Part shown: positions 59,016 through 64,000 of the stretch, one piece after another
Position numbering within the stretch: position 1 is the stretch's first letter
How the letters are laid out: each line of letters opens with the position of its first letter
Source of the DNA: Octopus sinensis
Taxonomy: Eukaryota
Assembly: GCF_006345805.1 (NCBI RefSeq)
Contig: NC_043007.1
Coordinates: 51,398,001-51,462,000 of the forward strand
Direction: 5' to 3'
Length of the DNA: 64,000 bases
Translations under genes and position numbers: made by a program
The notes under the pieces: generated by a model
The model's input: the letters and a program-made list of their open reading frames with translations, nothing else
Told to the model about the DNA's origin: nothing
The model's database searches: none

Positions 59016-60410
59016 TAGTTTTTTTCATTCGCAAAATATGCATTTTTTAAAAGACAGTAAAAAATCTGAAAATCAACTGTCATAATGTAGCCTTCCAGTC
59101 TCATTGATTTGAAGGTATGATATTATAGAGAAAAAAGGTATGATGTTGTGGAGAAAAAAGTTACAGAAAAAATCGAAAAAAAACCCTATATTTTTAACCA
59201 ATAGCGAGACAAAACATTTCTGCGTTTAGCGGAGCGGTGTCAACTTTAAGATTGAACCCTATGAAATTTAGAGTTTAAGATCTAACCTGTTCATTGTCGA
59301 TTTCTAAATAAACAGAAATACCTAATAAAATCCACATGTATCATCGTACTGTTTCTTCCGTCTCTTCATTGTTTGTATGGTTTTATTATTTTTTAAAAAT
59401 TTGTAATATTAGTATATTTGTCTGCATTTGTTTACTTCATGCGTATTTCAATATTATGATTACCTGTCATGTATTTGTGTACATTAATATATAAGTGCGC
59501 GCACGTGTGTGTGTGTGAAAAGTGGGGCGCCTGCCTCAAAAACTTCAAAGTTGAGTAAAGTGTTCATGCTTGGATTTGTAAACTACGATAAGAATAACAG
59601 TGGTCAACGAAGAATTTGTCCGAAAAAGAATACCTGTATCTTATATGTTTTTGCGAAATGTTCTTAATTAGCAACGCACCTTTTATTATTAATGCTGAAT
59701 TACTGATTATATTTACACTAATTGATGTTGGGAGAAATTACCTTAATTTGCAATAAAAATACTTTAAAAAAGGAAAGTAATAAGAAACGTTTTAAGAACC
59801 CAAATTTTGGAAAAGTCAGTATTATGCTGGAAGAAACACACACGCACACGCACACATTTGCTCCAAACTTAATTTCTCGGTGGGTGGGAAAAACATTATT
59901 TTGGATCGAAGAAGGAAAAAGTGGAAAGGAGAGCTCACTCTTGTGTTTGATGTTCACACGCGCACGATAGAGAAAACTATATTTTAACAACTTATGAATA
60001 TTTTCTATCATGAACAATATACATACATATATATGTGTGTGTGTGTGAGTGTGTGTGTGAGTGTGTGTGTGTGTATGAATATGTACATATATAGTTTTAT
60101 ATATATATATATCCCAGAAACTGCTGTATGACTTCAAATTCACCTTACCCTAATTAAATTATTATAAATGACTAGAGATACTCATTCTGTCTTAGTTTTT
60201 GATGTCCTTTTCCTCTAATGTATACCTGCTAACATGGAAGCCTAATACAGATCCCTAACTCCAGCCTCAGCTGTGAACTTTGAACATAACGAATGACTAA
60301 TTATAGCACTTATTCATCGTACCTATTCGTTTACATCACCAGTGTACTAAACCCCTCATATCCTATATATCTATATCTATATATATATTTGTGTGTGTGT
60401 GTGTGTGTGT

Positions 60411-60470
<60 letters not shown>

Positions 60471-61183
60471 CGCGTGTGTGTGTGTGCGCGTGTGTGTGTG
60501 TTTATGTGTGTGTGTGTGCGTGTGTGTGTGTGTGTATGTATGTATGTGTAAGTAAATAAGTAACAATGCTCTCAAGATATTAATGCAATACGGCCGTTTC
60601 AGGCGGCTCCATTTAATCGAACAAAGCAAGCATTACGTTAATTTGAAATACAGCACCATCTTCCGTTGCAAAATACAAATATTCAACAGCCAGGATATTC
60701 AATTATAATCTTTAGCAAATATTTCATGAGAGCTAGAGAAGGAAAGAATTTCATGCTGCTACTAATGTAGCAGAATAAGCTTAAAGAGAAGCAGCTACAA
60801 TTTTGGAATAGTAGAAGTGGAGACACAGTGGGGGTCACGAGATTGGTAATTTAGCTACAGTCTTTATCTATCCTCTTATCACCATCAAAAGATTTAATGC
60901 AGCTAGTATTAAGACACTAGGAGTTGACAGTTAAATTCTAGTCGCTGGTCATAAATAAATATTGCTAGATATTCTCCTAAACCCTAATTCTCTATGGCTA
61001 TATCTCAGAGGGATATCATTTAGATAGTGGTAAATACCCAGAAAAATAGGGCGGGTGGGAATGACATAAACTCTTTTATTGTTTTATTAAGGAAGACAAC
61101 ATAATGAAATTCATCAAACAATCCAATTCATAAATACACACGCGGATATATATTTATCAATGTATATATATGAATACACACAC

Positions 61184-61251
<68 letters not shown>

Positions 61252-62011
61252 TCACTCTCTCGCACATACACACACCCAAACATGTGTGTATGTTATTTCC
61301 GTATATGCTTGCATGTCTTAAGTCAATTTGTGTGTGTGTGTGTGTGTGTGTACCCCTTATCTTTGCATACATGAATATAGAGTCAAAAAGTATTTCGAAA
61401 CATATTACATGTTTAAAACACTCTTGCAGAAAAATAGGGAATATACCATATGTCCTCGTAGTCATTACGGTGCAATTATCGAACTCTCTATACAGCTGGA
61501 AACAGCTTAAAGTCTTCGTCGTTGTCGAAGCTAGAAGTAGGGTGGTGAAGTATGAGGGTAAAGGTCATAGGACTAGAAGGGGGGTAGAAGGAAAAAGGGA
61601 AGCAGCTAAAACAAATATCGGCCAACTGACCCTGAGATTGGGAAAAAGCAGACTAACTTGAGTGAATGATGGTTTGATACGCTCGTTATCGTTATTACCG
61701 TATATATTACTACGACGGATATTGAATATCAATAGGAAATATAAGCTGAGTGTAGTGTACACGATAGAGAGAAGTGCTGGCAGAGTAGGGGCTTTAGGTA
61801 GGCAATTGGTGCAAGAGAATGAGAATGAAAGAACGTGTGGAAGACAGGCAGAAAGAGGAATGGGTAGACAGCAGGATAGAAAGACAGAAATAAACTTAAG
61901 GGAAAACAAAAAGAAGAAAAAGAAAAGGGAGCAAAAAGAGAATTTATGAAAAAACGGATAAATATAAAACAAATTAGAAGAGAAAAAAGCCAGAAATATA
62001 GAAAAGGCGCA

Positions 62012-62046
<35 letters not shown>

Positions 62047-62506
62047 AAGAAAAAAGAAAGAAAGAAAGAAAGAAAGAAAGTTAAGATAGATCGATGTTAT
62101 GAGTGGTAGTTGGTGGGGTGCAGTAGGCAAAGACAATACTAAGGTACCAGTGCAGCGATGACATATCCTTCTCACATATCCTCATTCTACATCCGGTTGT
62201 TAAACACACCTCTAAGTTGGTGTATATGAGTCAATACGAAGAGAAAAAAGATTTCCGCCGTGGATGATCTCCTTCGCTTTCGTCTTCTTTTTCTTCGACA
62301 TGCTGTTGTCGTTAGAGTAACTTGATACATTCTAGATTTTGTTGTTTTAGGGACACTTCGGGGCGGATACTTTGCTGCTGCTGTTGTTGTTGTTGTTGCT
62401 GTTGTTGCTGTTGTTACAACAATAACCTCACACGCGCATAAATGGATGCATGATTTTGCCATATTTTTCATTGGTGCTTTGCTTTTTATTTTAAATTTAA
62501 TCTTCG

Positions 62507-62519
62507 CAGACAGACAGAC

Positions 62520-62574
<55 letters not shown>

Positions 62575-62587
62575 TAGATAGATAGAT

Positions 62588-62618
<31 letters not shown>

Positions 62619-62635
62619 TAGATAAATAGATAGAT
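62507..62635. repeat. (GACA)n(GATA)n microsatellite abutting a Tx1 3' end
   Basis: Directly visible in the sequence. Confidence 0.95.
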
Positions 62636-64000
62636 ATGTTTCTTTATTAGCCACACAGGGCTGCACACAGATAGAACAAATTACAAGGTAGAGCTTTTCT
62701 TTTGAAGGTTTAAAAAAAAAAAAAATAGATAAATAAAAAATAAAAATAAAATAAAAATAAAATAAAAAAAAAGGGGGGGTCGATCAAAAGGGATCGTAAA
62801 AGGAGAGAAAGAGGACAAAAAAAAAGGGAGGGTTAAAAAAAAAGGGGGAGAGGAAAAAAATTGATCAATAGGGATCGTTATCACAGAAATGTCAATATGA
62901 AGTGTAAAGGGGGGGACAGGTGAGGTTTACCCGTGGAAAGAAAAGCCTACGGAAAAGACCACGGTAACCTCGGTCAATGAAGTCACATGTTATATTTCTT
63001 TTTTTTTTTTTTTTTTGCAAATAAGCAACTCTCTGTATTAATTTTTACGGTTCATAGAATCATAGTCAAGGTGGCTTCGTCATTCATACGTGCCATCCTT
63101 GCTACATTCACCCATCTTTTTTTAAAACATTCACTAGACAAAACTTGCCTCTCTACTCTCACTTTTTTCTTCAAGTGATACTTCAGAAGTTGATGAGAGA
63201 TTGACCAGAGAGGAAAGTGTTTGTCTCTAATCCTTTCAGACGCGTCCACCAGATACATTCTTTCGCCATAGCCACAAGTATGATAAAAATAGCTCTTCCT
63301 TCCCGTTTGAAGGAAGGAGGCGTGACGATATTAACGATAGACTCGGCTGATAAACCGACACGTCCCACACGTGACAGCAGTCGTTCGACATAAGCCCACA
63401 GGTGGGAAATTGCTGGACACTGCACGATTGCGTGCAGAGCGGTTTCGTCGCTCTGCCCGCATCTCGGGCAGGTCGGCCCCGTGTTTCTCGAGCCATGCCT
63501 ATAGAGCTTATCCCGAACGGGTAGCGCTTCTCGGTAGCACCGCCAGGCCAGGGATCTCTGGAAGTTGTCCATAGGTCCCGGGCCGAAAGTCGTTTGAAAC
63601 AGGCGGGTCAGGTATTCCTCGTCGACGCCCAGGTTTGCCCCGAGCTCGTCGTCGTACCTCCCCTCCACTAATCCCCTATAGAATGCTTTGGTTGTGTTGA
63701 AGTCACTCAAGGTCGACCCGGGACGGCAGAGTTGCTTGAGAGCAACGCGACACTCGCGGTGCCATTCGCCCTTCTTCGGCCTCTTTTTGATCCACGACTG
63801 TAGTTCGGTCATGGAGACGAGTTGGCGGGAATGCGTGCCTCACAAACGGCGACCACACCTGTTCACCGTCGTCTACATAGAGCCGGAGATGTCGCAGTCT
63901 CAGCGCGTGTCTGCGCATCATCAACCACGGCATGCCCAGCCCTCCTTTTAACGGGTGTTGACAGCAAATGGATCGCCTGACCATCGGGACGCATCCTTTC
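62636..64000 (-). mobile_element. Tx1/L1-clade element 3' portion (ORF2 C-terminus, 3'UTR, AATAAA); runs off the right edge
   Basis: KGGLGMP motif; zf-RVT-like CPRCGQSDETALHAIVQCP; AATAAA at 62643-62648 (minus), then (ATCT)n. Confidence 0.88.
63052..63984 (-). pseudogene. Tx1 ORF2 C-terminal region with two 1-nt frameshifts
   Basis: Track ORFs 63703-63984, 63183-63812 and 63052-63258 join via a +1 near 63823 and a -1 near 63185. Confidence 0.85.

Noticed and set aside
60585-60650. ~70-bp sequence matching 40235-40300 in inverted orientation
   Set aside because: Short fragments of a dispersed repeat 20 kb apart, with no evidence of a joint structure.
62997-63017. T run read as the poly(A) tail of the Tx1 element
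   Set aside because: The 3'UTR continues to AATAAA at 62643-62648, so this A run is internal.

Overview
A repeat-saturated, AT-rich eukaryotic window with no recognisable host protein-coding gene. The SINE families and microsatellite load look like a coleoid cephalopod (Octopus) genome; this is from recall, not a database check. Contents: (i) Tx1/L1-clade non-LTR elements: two decayed ORF1 copies (1-2166 minus; 47362-49511 plus), a third ORF1 relic, and two ORF2/3'-UTR ends; (ii) a 9-kb co-oriented pile-up of R4/Dong-type (RT plus restriction-like endonuclease) elements, mostly separated by (TAA)n tracts, and a further copy at 15-16 kb; (iii) Penelope-like element (PLE) debris with type I hammerhead ribozymes, including a 427-bp near-perfect palindrome with an intact hammerhead on each strand and a 591-bp tandem duplication with dimer-type hammerheads; (iv) RTE, CR1-type, Helitron (PIF1 fragment and non-autonomous copies), MITE and mariner relics; (v) several tRNA-derived SINE families and a 5S rRNA pseudogene; (vi) many microsatellites, which account for most ORFs in the supplied track. 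The strongest novel signal: both Tx1-like ORF1 elements start at the same position (within 1 nt) inside the same tRNA-derived SINE, and the complete copy is flanked by an ~11-bp target duplication with the rest of the SINE resuming after it. This suggests a SINE-targeting, apparently ORF1-only (HAL1-like) retrotransposon. All alignments and folds were done by eye.
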